The notes: generated by a model not told the origin, from the sequence alone. Shown: positions 10,278 to 18,735, numbered from the stretch's first letter. The stretch is DNA of 32,000 nucleotides from Longivirga aurantiaca (GCF_042660085.1 NZ_JBHSTI010000008.1:210001-242000); one strand, 5' to 3'. Numbers and translations: made by a program.

Positions 10278-10303
10278 CGGCGCCTGCCTCCGGGCAGGCG
10301 CCG
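10278..10303 (+). terminator. Intra-operon hairpin between rpsD and rpoA (11-bp perfect GC stem, TCCG loop), no T-tract
   Basis: cggcgcctgcc-tccg-ggcaggcgccg, 8 nt after the rpsD stop. It may be an attenuator or an RNA-processing/stability element rather than a full terminator. Confidence 0.4.
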
Positions 10304-10370
10304 GCACCGGCACCACCCCCGCCACTTTTATGCAGGCGTCAAATAGCGGACGCCTCGAAAGGACAACCAC

Positions 10371-11384
10371 GTGCTGATCGCCCAGCGTCCGACCCTCGCC
10401 GAGGAGCAGGTCTCCGAGTTCCGCTCGCGCTTCGTCATGGAGCCGCTCGAGCCCGGTTTCGGCTACACCCTCGGCAACTCCGTCCGCCGTACCCTCCTGT
10501 CGTCGATCCCCGGCGCTGCTGTCACCAGCATCCGCATCGACGGCGTCCTGCACGAGTTCACCACCGTGCCGGGGGTCAAGGAGGACGTCACCGAGCTGAT
10601 CCTCAACATCAAGCAGCTCGTCGTCTCCTCCGAGCACGACGAGCCCGTCGTCATGTACCTGCGCAAGCAGGGCCCCGGTGCCGTGACCGCCGCCGACATC
10701 GCGCCCCCGGCCGGTGTCGAGGTGCACAACCCCAACCTCCACATCGCGACCCTGAACGACAAGGGCAAGCTCGAGATGGAGCTCGTCGTCGAGCGTGGCC
10801 GCGGCTACGTCTCCGCGGCGCAGAACAAGCAGCCCGGCCAGGAGATCGGCCGTATCCCGGTCGACTCGATCTACAGCCCGGTCCTCAAGGTCACGTACAA
10901 GGTCGAGGCCACCCGTGTCGAGCAGCGCACGGACTTCGACCGCCTGGTGATCGACGTCGAGACCAAGCAGTCGATGTCGCCGCGCGACGCCGTCGCGTCG
11001 GCCGGCAAGACCCTGGTCGAGCTCTTCGGCCTCGCCCGCGAGCTCAACGTCGACGCCGAGGGCATCGACATCGGCCCGTCGCCCGCCGACGCGTTCGTCG
11101 CCGAGCAGCTCTCGACGCCGATCGAGTCCCTCGACCTCACCGTGCGCTCGTACAACTGCCTCAAGCGCGAGGGCATCCACACGGTGGGCGAGCTCATCGG
11201 CCGATCCGAGGCCGACCTGCTCGACATCCGCAACTTCGGCTCGAAGTCGATCGACGAGGTCAAGGCCAAGCTCGTCACGCTCGGCCTGGCGCTCAAGGAC
11301 AGCCCGCCCGGGTTCGACCCGGCCACGGCCGTCAGCTTCTACGACGACGACGACCAGGGGTACGCCGAGGACGAGCAGCTCTGA
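10371..11384 (+). CDS. rpoA: DNA-directed RNA polymerase subunit alpha
   Basis: 337 aa with [43 protein letters not shown] and the C-terminal domain [25 protein letters not shown] start with AAAGGA RBS. Confidence 0.97.
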   Translation: MLIAQRPTLAEEQVSEFRSRFVMEPLEPGFGYTLGNSVRRTLLSSIPGAAVTSIRIDGVLHEFTTVPGVKEDVTELILNIKQLVVSSEHDEPVVMYLRKQGPGAVTAADIAPPAGVEVHNPNLHIATLNDKGKLEMELVVERGRGYVSAAQNKQPGQEIGRIPVDSIYSPVLKVTYKVEATRVEQRTDFDRLVIDVETKQSMSPRDAVASAGKTLVELFGLARELNVDAEGIDIGPSPADAFVAEQLSTPIESLDLTVRSYNCLKREGIHTVGELIGRSEADLLDIRNFGSKSIDEVKAKLVTLGLALKDSPPGFDPATAVSFYDDDDQGYAEDEQL

Positions 11385-11428
11385 CGAGCTGACCACCCCG
11401 GCCACCCGACACCTCAGGAGACATCGAC

Positions 11429-12037
11429 ATGCCTACCCCCACCAAGGGTGCCCGCCTCGGCGGCAGCCCGGCGCACGAGCGGCTCATGCTCGCGAACCTC
11501 GCCACGGCGCTGTTCGAGCACGGGAAGATCACGACCACCGAGGCCAAGGCCAAGCGCCTGCGCCCGCTGGCCGAGCGCCTCATCACCCACGCCAAGCGTG
11601 GCGACCTGCACGCGCGTCGTCGTGTGCTCGCCGTCATCCGTGACAAGGGTGTCGTGCACGAGCTGTTCGCCGAGATCGGTCCGCGCTACGCGACCCGTCC
11701 CGGTGGCTACACGCGCATCACCAAGATCGGCCCCCGCAAGGGCGACAACGCCCCCATGGCCGTGATCGAGCTCGTCGAGCCGCTGGCCGAGGCCGTCGTG
11801 GCCGAGGCGACCGGCGCGACCAAGCGCGCTGCCAAGGAGAAGGCCGCCGCTCCGGCTGCTGCCGCTCCGGTTGCCGCCGAGGTCGTCGAGGAGACCGTCG
11901 TCGCGGACGACACCGCTCCCGAGGCCGTCGAGGTCGAGGCTGCGGACGACGCCGTCGAGGCTGTCGAGACCGAGGCCGCCGAGGTCACCGAGGAGGCTGC
12001 CGACGAGGCCGCCGCCGAGGACACCGACAAGGCCTGA
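11429..12037 (+). CDS. rplQ: 50S ribosomal protein L17 with long acidic Ala/Glu/Val-rich C-terminal tail
   Basis: 202 aa. The L17 core is [53 protein letters not shown]. The low-complexity tail starts at about residue 118. Confidence 0.96.
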   Translation: MPTPTKGARLGGSPAHERLMLANLATALFEHGKITTTEAKAKRLRPLAERLITHAKRGDLHARRRVLAVIRDKGVVHELFAEIGPRYATRPGGYTRITKIGPRKGDNAPMAVIELVEPLAEAVVAEATGATKRAAKEKAAAPAAAAPVAAEVVEETVVADDTAPEAVEVEAADDAVEAVETEAAEVTEEAADEAAAEDTDKA

Positions 12038-12065
12038 GCGCCCTGAACGCGAGCGCTGTCAGCAC

Positions 12066-12100
12066 CGAGCCCGCCGCCCCTTCGGGGGACGGCGGGCTCG
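12066..12100 (+). terminator. Hairpin after rplQ (15 bp stem, one bulged A, TTCG tetraloop) whose last base pair is the G of the truA GTG
   Basis: cgagcccgccgcccc-ttcg-gggggacggcgggctcg, paired by hand. No T-tract. Confidence 0.5.
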
Positions 12101-12993
12101 TGCGTTCCGAGCAGGTCCGGCTGCGGCTCGGCATCGCCTACGACGGCACCGACTTCGCCGGCTGGGCCAAGCAGCCCGGGCTGCGCACGGTGCAGGGCAC
12201 GCTCGAGGACGGGCTCGCGACGATCCTGCGCGCGACCCAGCCCGTGCGCATCGCGGTGGCCGGGCGGACCGATGCCGGCGTGCACGCACGCGGCCAGGTG
12301 GCGCACGCCGACGTCGAGCGCGACCGGTGGGAGGCGCTCGTCTCGCGAGGTGCCGATGCTCCGGCGCGCCGGATGGGCGGGGTGCTCCCCGCCGACGTGC
12401 GCGTGCACGAGATCGCGATCGCACCGGACGGCTTCGACGCCCGGTGGTCGGCGCTGTCGCGCGCCTACGCCTACCGCGTGTCCGACGTCCCAGGCGGGTC
12501 CGACCCGCTGCTGCGCTCCCACGTGCTGCACCACACCGGCCCGCGCAACTCCCCGCTCGACGTCGAGGCCATGAACGCCGCTGCGGCGGCGCTGCTCGGC
12601 GAGCACGACTTCGCGTCGTTCTGCCGGCGTCGCGAGGGCGCGAGCACGGTGCGCACGCTCCTCGACCTGCGCTGGGTGCGCGAGGACGATTCCGGCCTCG
12701 TGGTGATGCACGTGCGGGCCGATGCGTTCTGCCACTCGATGGTGCGCGCGCTGGTCGGCGTGCTCCTGCCGGTGGGGGACGGTAGGCGACCTGTGCCGTG
12801 GCCGGGCGAGGTGCTGGCGCGGGTGCGGCGCGAGCCCGACGCCGAGGTGGCCCCGCCCATGGGCCTGTGCCTCGAGCGGGTCGAGTACCCCGCGGACGAC
12901 CAGCTCGCCGCGCAGGCCGAGCGGGCACGGCGCTTCCGGGGCGACGACATCCTCGCCGGCCGCGCCGGCCAGGACCCCGACTCGACCGACTGA
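12100..12993 (+). CDS. truA: tRNA pseudouridine(38-40) synthase TruA
   Basis: 297 aa with VRLRLGIAYDGTDFAGWAKQPGLRTVQG...AGRTDAGVHARGQVAH (catalytic Asp context). Conserved position after rplQ. The GTG start is the only conventional start in frame. Confidence 0.92.
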   Translation: MRSEQVRLRLGIAYDGTDFAGWAKQPGLRTVQGTLEDGLATILRATQPVRIAVAGRTDAGVHARGQVAHADVERDRWEALVSRGADAPARRMGGVLPADVRVHEIAIAPDGFDARWSALSRAYAYRVSDVPGGSDPLLRSHVLHHTGPRNSPLDVEAMNAAAAALLGEHDFASFCRRREGASTVRTLLDLRWVREDDSGLVVMHVRADAFCHSMVRALVGVLLPVGDGRRPVPWPGEVLARVRREPDAEVAPPMGLCLERVEYPADDQLAAQAERARRFRGDDILAGRAGQDPDSTD

Positions 12994-13092
12994 CCCCGCG
13001 TGGTTCGACGGCCGGCAACGCGGAACGGCGATCGCCGTGCGTCCGGCCCGCGGAAGGAGCAGGCTCGAGGGGAGAGCAGGGAGGTGGGCCCT

Positions 13093-14058
13093 ATGCGCGT
13101 AGTGGTGGCTCTGGGAGGCAATGCGCTGGCCAAGCGTGGCGAGCCGATGACGGTGGCGAACCAGCGGGCGAACGTCCGGGTGGCGTGCCGCGCGCTCGCC
13201 CCCGTCGCGATGGAGCACGAGCTGGTGGTGTCGCACGGCAACGGCCCGCAGGTGGGCCTGCTGTCGCTGCAGGCGTCGGCGTACGACGAGGAGTCGACGT
13301 ACCCCTTCGACGTCCTCGGCGCGCAGACCGAGGGGATGATCGGCTACTTCATCGAGCAGGAGCTCGGCAACCTGCTGCCGTTCGAGACGCCGATCGCGAC
13401 GATCCTCACGATGATCGAGGTCGACGCCGACGACCCGGCGATGAAGGACCCGACCAAGTTCGTCGGCCCGGTGTACTCCGACGAGGAGGCGCACCGCATA
13501 GCGTCCGAGCGGGGCTGGACGGTCAAGCGCGACGGCGACCACTGGCGCCGCGTCGTGCCGTCGCCGGTGCCGCGCCGCATCTTCGAGATCCGGCCGATCA
13601 CGCAGCTGCTCGACTCCGGCACCGTCGTCATCTGCACGGGTGGCGGCGGCATCCCGACGATGTACCTGCCGGACGAGCGGCTCGACTTCGAGGACGACCA
13701 CAACCCGCGCACGCTCGTCGGCGTCGAGGCCGTGATCGACAAGGACCGGTCCTCCGCAGTCCTCGCGCGCGACCTGCGTGCCGATGCGCTGGTGATCGCG
13801 ACCGACGCCCCGGCGGTCTTCCTCGACTACGGGACGCCCGCGCAGCGGGAGGTGGCTACGGCTTCTCCGGACGCCATCTCGGCGTACGACTTCGCCGAGG
13901 GCTCGATGGGGCCGAAGGTCGAGGCTGCGTGCGAGTTCGCGCGGTCGGCGCCCGGGCGGTTCGCCGCGATCGGGGCGCTCACCGACATCCGCGGGATCCT
14001 CGCCGGCACCCACGGGACGAGGATCAGCACCGACACCGACGGCCTCACCCTCCGCTGA
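13093..14058 (+). CDS. arcC: Carbamate kinase
   Basis: ATG at 13093 with GGGAGGTGGG RBS, 321 aa. Hallmark motifs are [52 protein letters not shown] and GSMGPKVEA. The track start at 13000 is an over-extension. Confidence 0.9.
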   Translation: MRVVVALGGNALAKRGEPMTVANQRANVRVACRALAPVAMEHELVVSHGNGPQVGLLSLQASAYDEESTYPFDVLGAQTEGMIGYFIEQELGNLLPFETPIATILTMIEVDADDPAMKDPTKFVGPVYSDEEAHRIASERGWTVKRDGDHWRRVVPSPVPRRIFEIRPITQLLDSGTVVICTGGGGIPTMYLPDERLDFEDDHNPRTLVGVEAVIDKDRSSAVLARDLRADALVIATDAPAVFLDYGTPAQREVATASPDAISAYDFAEGSMGPKVEAACEFARSAPGRFAAIGALTDIRGILAGTHGTRISTDTDGLTLR

Positions 14059-14061
14059 GCT

Positions 14062-14113
14062 CGATTCGGTAGTGGTTTCTCGCGCCCTGCTGCGAGAAAC
14101 CACTACCGAATCG
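14062..14113. terminator. Perfect 22-bp stem / 8-nt loop hairpin after arcC
   Basis: cgattcggtagtggtttctcgc-gccctgct-gcgagaaaccactaccgaatcg, no mismatch. Stem GC is about 55%, below the surrounding DNA. No T-tract. Confidence 0.55.
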
Positions 14114-14186
14114 GCGGCTGGGGGTCTGGGGGCCGCGCAGTAACCGGTTAGGCGGCGGGGCGGCGTACGGGCGAGAATCGCCCCTC

Positions 14187-15866
14187 GTGGGTCACGTCGA
14201 GGTCGCCAAGGTCACGCACACGCTCCCGGACGGGCGCGTGCTGCTCGACGAGGTGAGCTTCCGGGTCGCGGACGGCGCGAAGGTCGCGCTGGTCGGCGCG
14301 AACGGCGCCGGCAAGACCACGCTCATGCGCCTCGTGTCCGGCGACCTCGACCCGCAGGAGGGCGCGATCGTCCGCTCGGGCGGTCTCGGCGTCATGCGCC
14401 AGTTCATCGGCCAGGTGCGCGACGAGTCGACCGTGCGCGACCTGCTCGTGTCGGTCTCCCCGCCCGCGGTGCAGGCCGCGGCCAAGGAGCTCGAGGCCGC
14501 CGAGCTGCGCATGATGGAGGCCGACGACGAGGCCACGCAGATGGCGTATGCGCAGGCCATCTCCGACTGGTCCGATGTCGGCGGCTACGACTCCGAGGTG
14601 CTCTGGGACGTCTGCACCGTCGCGGCGCTCGGCATCCCGTTCGACAAGGCGCAGTACCGCGAGACCCGCACGCTGTCGGGCGGCGAGCAGAAGCGGCTCG
14701 CGCTCGAGGCGCTGCTGCGCGGCCCCGACGAGGTCCTGCTCCTCGACGAGCCCGACAACTACCTCGACGTGCCGGGCAAGGAGTGGCTCGAGCAGCGCCT
14801 CGCCGAGTCGAGCAAGACGGTGCTGTACGTGTCGCACGACCGCGAGCTCCTCGCCCGTACGGCGACGCAGGTCGTCACGGTCGAGCTGGGTGCGGCCGGC
14901 AACACGGCCTGGACGCACGGCGGCGGCTTCGCGACGTACCACCAGGCGCGCGCCGACCGCTTCAGCCGGCTCGAGGAGCTGCGCCGCCGCTGGGACGAGG
15001 AGCACGCGAAGCTCAAGGCGCTCGTGCTCATGTACAAGACCAAGGCGAAGTACAACGACGGCCTCGCGAGCCGCTACCAGGCCGCCAAGACCCGACTCGC
15101 GAAGTTCGAGGAGGCCGGGCCCCCGCAGGAGATCGCGCGCGAGCAGACCGTGAAGATGCGGCTCATCGGCGGTAGGACGGGCAAGCGGGCGGTGATCTGC
15201 GAGCAGACCGAGCTCACCGGTCTCATGAAGCCGTTCGACCTCGAGGTGTGGTTCGGCGAGCGCGTCGCCGTCCTCGGCGCCAACGGCTCGGGCAAGTCGC
15301 ACTTCCTGCGGCTGCTCGCCGCCGGGGGCAGCGATCCGGACGTCGAGCACCGCCCGGTGGGGGAGGTGCCGATCGCACCGGTCGCGCACAGCGGCGTCGT
15401 ACGCCTCGGGGCACGCGTGCGCCCGGGCTGGTTCGCCCAGACGCACGAGCACCCGGAGCTGATGGGGCGCACGCTGCTCGAGGTGCTGCACCGCGGCGAC
15501 GCCCACCGGGACGGCATGGGCCGCGAGCTCGCCGCCCGCAAGCTCGACCGCTACGAGCTCGCGCACGCCTCCGAGCAGACCTTCGAGAGCCTGTCCGGCG
15601 GCCAGCAGGCGAGGTTCCAGATCCTGCTCCTGGAGCTCTCAGGGGCCACGCTGCTGCTGCTGGACGAGCCCACCGACAACCTGGACCTCGCCAGCGCCGA
15701 GGCGCTGGAGGAGGGCCTCCTGGCCTTCGAGGGCACGGTGCTGGCGGTGACGCACGACCGCTGGTTCGCCCGCGGGTTCGACCGGTACGTCGTCTTCTCG
15801 GCCGACGGCACCGTGCGCGAGGTGGACGAGCCGGTCTGGGACGAGACCCGGCCGGTCCGCCGCTGA
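14187..15866 (+). CDS. ABC-F family ATPase (two ABC domains, no transmembrane domain)
   Basis: 559 aa. Domain 1 has GANGAGKTT, LSGGEQKRLAL, LLLDEPDNYLD and VSHDR. A helical Lys/Arg-rich linker (RRRWDEEHAKLKALVLMYKTKAKYNDGLASRYQAAKTRLAKFEE) follows. Domain 2 has GANGSGKSH, LSGGQQARFQ, LLLDEPTDNLD and VTHDR. Confidence 0.92.
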   Translation: MGHVEVAKVTHTLPDGRVLLDEVSFRVADGAKVALVGANGAGKTTLMRLVSGDLDPQEGAIVRSGGLGVMRQFIGQVRDESTVRDLLVSVSPPAVQAAAKELEAAELRMMEADDEATQMAYAQAISDWSDVGGYDSEVLWDVCTVAALGIPFDKAQYRETRTLSGGEQKRLALEALLRGPDEVLLLDEPDNYLDVPGKEWLEQRLAESSKTVLYVSHDRELLARTATQVVTVELGAAGNTAWTHGGGFATYHQARADRFSRLEELRRRWDEEHAKLKALVLMYKTKAKYNDGLASRYQAAKTRLAKFEEAGPPQEIAREQTVKMRLIGGRTGKRAVICEQTELTGLMKPFDLEVWFGERVAVLGANGSGKSHFLRLLAAGGSDPDVEHRPVGEVPIAPVAHSGVVRLGARVRPGWFAQTHEHPELMGRTLLEVLHRGDAHRDGMGRELAARKLDRYELAHASEQTFESLSGGQQARFQILLLELSGATLLLLDEPTDNLDLASAEALEEGLLAFEGTVLAVTHDRWFARGFDRYVVFSADGTVREVDEPVWDETRPVRR

Positions 15867-15912
15867 GGCGTCGTCGCAGGTCAGGGGCCTCCCTGGGCCC
15901 GGATCGGGCGAT

Positions 15913-15942
15913 TTGGAGGCTCCCGCCGCACCCGGGTACCCT
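15913..15942 (+). promoter_or_regulatory. Candidate rplM-rpsI promoter (-35 TTGGAG, 18-nt spacer, -10 TACCCT)
   Basis: Hexamers read directly from the sequence. This would give a leader of about 170 nt. No experimental support. Confidence 0.25.
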
Positions 15943-16117
15943 GGACCGCTTGCTGTGCGCGCCCGTACGACGTCCGTGAGGACCCGTCGGGCACAAGTGC
16001 AGCCTGGATGTCAGGGATGGCATCCAGTACGGCGCCCCGCCACCCACGGCCGACCGGCCGCGGATGCGGAGCGCGCAGAGTCCACGTCCCGACGAGCGAG
16101 AGAACAGGTGCCGCTTC

Positions 16118-16561
16118 ATGCGCACGTACAGCCCCAAGGCCGGTGACCTGAGCCACGAGTGGTTCATCATCGACGCCACCGACGTCGTCCTCGGCCGACT
16201 CGCCACCCAGGCAGCGACGCTGCTCCGTGGCAAGCACAAGCCCACCTTCGCCCCGCACGTCGACGGCGGTGACTTCGTCATCATCATCAACGCCGAGAAG
16301 GTCGCCCTCACCGGCAACAAGCGCGAGCAGAAGATGGCGTACCGCCACTCGGGTCACCCGGGCGGCCTCACCGCGACCTCGTACGTCCAGCTGCTCGAGA
16401 GCAACCCGCGTCGTGCGGTGGAGAAGGCCGTGAAGGGCATGCTCCCGCACAACAAGCTGGGGCGTCAGGTCATCAAGAAGCTCAAGGTCTACGCCGGCCC
16501 GGAGCACCCGCACGCTGCGCAGCAGCCGAAGCCGTTCGAGATCTCGCAGGTCGCGCAGTAA
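16118..16561 (+). CDS. rplM: 50S ribosomal protein L13
   Basis: ATG at 16118 gives the 147-aa [47 protein letters not shown]..., the canonical L13 N-terminus. The track start at 16064 is an over-extension. Confidence 0.96.
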   Translation: MRTYSPKAGDLSHEWFIIDATDVVLGRLATQAATLLRGKHKPTFAPHVDGGDFVIIINAEKVALTGNKREQKMAYRHSGHPGGLTATSYVQLLESNPRRAVEKAVKGMLPHNKLGRQVIKKLKVYAGPEHPHAAQQPKPFEISQVAQ

Positions 16562-16605
16562 GCGCCGCGGAACCCACAACAGACTTTCTAGAAAGGAACC
16601 GTGGC

Positions 16606-17109
16606 GTGAGCGAGACCGTCGCCGAGACCACCGAGAACGAGATCGACGCCGAGGAGCTGACCAGCTACACCTCGGAGACCACCACCAGCGCCGTGGCGGT
16701 GACCCACCGCGAGGTGGTCGCCCGCCCCGCCGGCGCCACCGGCCGTCGCAAGGAGGCGATCGCCCGCGTGCGCATCGTCCCCGGCACCGGCCGCTGGACC
16801 GTCAACGGCCGCACCCTCGAGGGCTACTTCCCGAACAAGGTGCACCAGCAGCTCGTGAACGAGCCGTTCGCCACGCTCGGCATCAACGACACGTACGACG
16901 TCATCGCCCGCATCAGCGGCGGCGGCTCGTCGGGTCAGGCCGGCGCCCTGCGTCTTGGCATCGCCCGTGCGCTGAACGACATCGACGCCGAGGCCTACCG
17001 CCCGGCGCTCAAGAAGGCCGGCTTCCTCACCCGTGACGCGCGGGTCAAGGAGCGCAAGCACTACGGCCTCAAGAAGGCCCGCAAGGCGCCGCAGTACAGC
17101 AAGCGCTAG
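16606..17109 (+). CDS. rpsI: 30S ribosomal protein S9 (with acidic N-terminal extension)
   Basis: 167 aa. Core is [33 protein letters not shown]...[19 protein letters not shown]...[12 protein letters not shown]. Confidence 0.96.
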   Translation: MSETVAETTENEIDAEELTSYTSETTTSAVAVTHREVVARPAGATGRRKEAIARVRIVPGTGRWTVNGRTLEGYFPNKVHQQLVNEPFATLGINDTYDVIARISGGGSSGQAGALRLGIARALNDIDAEAYRPALKKAGFLTRDARVKERKHYGLKKARKAPQYSKR

Positions 17110-17114
17110 CGAGC

Positions 17115-17149
17115 GAAGAGGACGAGCCCGCTCTTGGCTCGTCCTCTTC
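17115..17149 (+). terminator. Hairpin after rpsI (14-bp perfect stem, 7-nt loop)
   Basis: gaagaggacgagcc-cgctctt-ggctcgtcctcttc, starting 6 nt after the rpsI TAG. Confidence 0.55.
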
Positions 17150-17247
17150 CGAGCGGCGCGCAGCTGTTGACGAGGGCCCCCTCGGGCCCGAGGAGAACTC
17201 GAAGCGCTAAGCGAGCCGCGGGCAACCGCCCGCACCTGCTCATCGCA

Positions 17248-17278
17248 CGATGCCCCGGGGCTACGCTCCGGGGCATCG
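17248..17278 (+). promoter_or_regulatory. Perfect 11-bp inverted repeat (extendable to 13 bp with a G-U) bracketing a TACGCT hexamer, 42 nt upstream of glmM
   Basis: cgatgccccgg-ggctacgct-ccggggcatcg. The function is not determinable from sequence: either an operator over a -10 element or a leader RNA hairpin. Confidence 0.3.
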
Positions 17279-17319
17279 GCATGTACGGGCCCCACGTGGG
17301 CGGGACGGAAGAGGCACCT

Positions 17320-18675
17320 GTGGGTCGACTGTTCGGCACGGACGGCGTCCGCGGCCTCGCCAACGCCGATCTCACGGCCGAGATCGCCCTCGACCTCGCC
17401 GTGGCTGCCGCGCACGTGCTCGGCGACGCGGGCCAGCTCTCCGACCACGGCGAGGGCCGCCCGGTCGCCGTCGTCGGCAACGACAGCCGCGCGAGCGGCG
17501 AGTTCCTCGAGGCCGCGGTCGTCGCGGGCCTGCTGTCGGCAGGTGTCGACGTGTGGCGCGTCGGCGTGCTCCCGACCCCGGCCGTCGCGTACCTGACCGC
17601 GGCGCTCGACGCCGACCTCGGCGTGATGCTGTCGGCGTCGCACAACCCCATGCCCGACAACGGCATCAAGTTCCTCGCCCGCGGCGGCCACAAGCTGCCC
17701 GACGACGTCGAGGACGCCATCGAGGGACGCATCCGCGAGGACTGGACGCGCCCCACCGGTGCCGGCGTCGGACGCGTGAGCCGCCACGACGAGGGCGCCG
17801 AGCTGTACGTCGGCCACCTGCTCTCCACGCTGCCGCACCGCCTGGACGGGCTCACCGTGGTCGTCGACGGCGCGAACGGCGCGGCATCCGTCGTCGGGCC
17901 CGAGGCGCTGCGCCATGCGGGCGCGCGCGTGATCGAGATCCACACCTCGCCCGACGGCCTCAACATCAACGACGGCTGCGGCTCCACCCACCTCGGCGAC
18001 CTGCGCGCGGCCGTGGTCGAGCACGGTGCGGACGCCGGCGTCGCGTTCGACGGCGACGCCGACCGCTGCCTCGCGGTCGACGCGTCCGGCGCGGTCGTCG
18101 ACGGCGACCACGTGCTCGCGATCCTGTCGATCGCCATGCGCGAGCGAGGCACCCTCGTCGCGGGCACCGTCGTCGCCACCGTCATGGCCAACCTGGGCTT
18201 CAGGCTCGCGCTCGAGGACGCCGGCATCGCCGTGATCGAGACCGGCGTGGGCGACCGCTACGTGCTCGAAGCCATGCGCCACGGCGGCTACGTCCTCGGC
18301 GGCGAGCAGAGCGGCCACGTGATCATGTCCGAGCACGCGACCACCGGCGACGGCGTGCTCACCGCGCTGCATCTGCTCGCGCGCGTGGCCGAGACCGGCC
18401 GCTCGCTCACCGAGCTGGCCGCGGTCGTGCAGAAGCTGCCGCAGGTGCTCATCAACGTGCGCGGCGTCGATCGCACGCGGGCGTCGTCCGAGCCCACCCT
18501 GGCGGCCGCGGTCACCGAGGCCGAGGCCGAGCTCGGCAAGACCGGTCGCGTGCTGCTGCGGCCGTCGGGCACCGAGCCCGTCGTACGCGTCATGGTCGAG
18601 GCCGCCACGCCCGAGCAGGCCGCAGCCGTCGCCGAGCGCCTCGCCGACGTCGTCCGCGCCACCCTCGCCCAGTAG
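17320..18675 (+). CDS. glmM: Phosphoglucosamine mutase
   Basis: GTG at 17320 (GGAAGAGG upstream) gives [19 protein letters not shown], the canonical GlmM N-terminus, 451 aa. Active-site SASHNP and GDGDADR are present. The track start at 17134 is an over-extension. Confidence 0.95.
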   Translation: MGRLFGTDGVRGLANADLTAEIALDLAVAAAHVLGDAGQLSDHGEGRPVAVVGNDSRASGEFLEAAVVAGLLSAGVDVWRVGVLPTPAVAYLTAALDADLGVMLSASHNPMPDNGIKFLARGGHKLPDDVEDAIEGRIREDWTRPTGAGVGRVSRHDEGAELYVGHLLSTLPHRLDGLTVVVDGANGAASVVGPEALRHAGARVIEIHTSPDGLNINDGCGSTHLGDLRAAVVEHGADAGVAFDGDADRCLAVDASGAVVDGDHVLAILSIAMRERGTLVAGTVVATVMANLGFRLALEDAGIAVIETGVGDRYVLEAMRHGGYVLGGEQSGHVIMSEHATTGDGVLTALHLLARVAETGRSLTELAAVVQKLPQVLINVRGVDRTRASSEPTLAAAVTEAEAELGKTGRVLLRPSGTEPVVRVMVEAATPEQAAAVAERLADVVRATLAQ

Positions 18676-18687
18676 GCCCCCGCTCGC

Positions 18688-18735
18688 ACTGATCGAACCG
18701 TTGCCTCCGGTCCGTGGAGCGACGGTTCGATCAGT
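18688..18735 (+). terminator. Hairpin after glmM (14-bp perfect stem, structured 20-nt loop) followed by TTT
   Basis: actgatcgaaccgt-[tgcctccggtccgtggagcg]-acggttcgatcagt, then ttcag. It starts 13 nt after the glmM TAG. Confidence 0.5.

Noticed and set aside
13025-13038. 14-bp perfect palindrome ACGGCGATCGCCGT upstream of arcC, and TAACCGGTTA at 14141-14150 upstream of the ABC-F gene
   Set aside because: Arms of 5-7 bp are expected several times by chance in 32 kb at this base composition. There is no supporting context.
11707-14103. 798-aa minus-strand ORF, and the Arg/Pro-rich alternate-frame ORFs 11871-12785, 12059-13018 and 12798-14072
   Set aside because: They overlap rplQ, truA and arcC, all of which have strong family motifs. 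The compositions are typical of GC-rich off-frames.
16064-16117. Upstream in-frame starts extending rplM (16064), glmM (17134), arcC (13000), rpsM (8504), infA (8106) and csp (20788)
   Set aside because: The shorter starts reproduce the canonical family N-termini and have RBS-like sequences. The extensions add Arg/Pro-rich junk.
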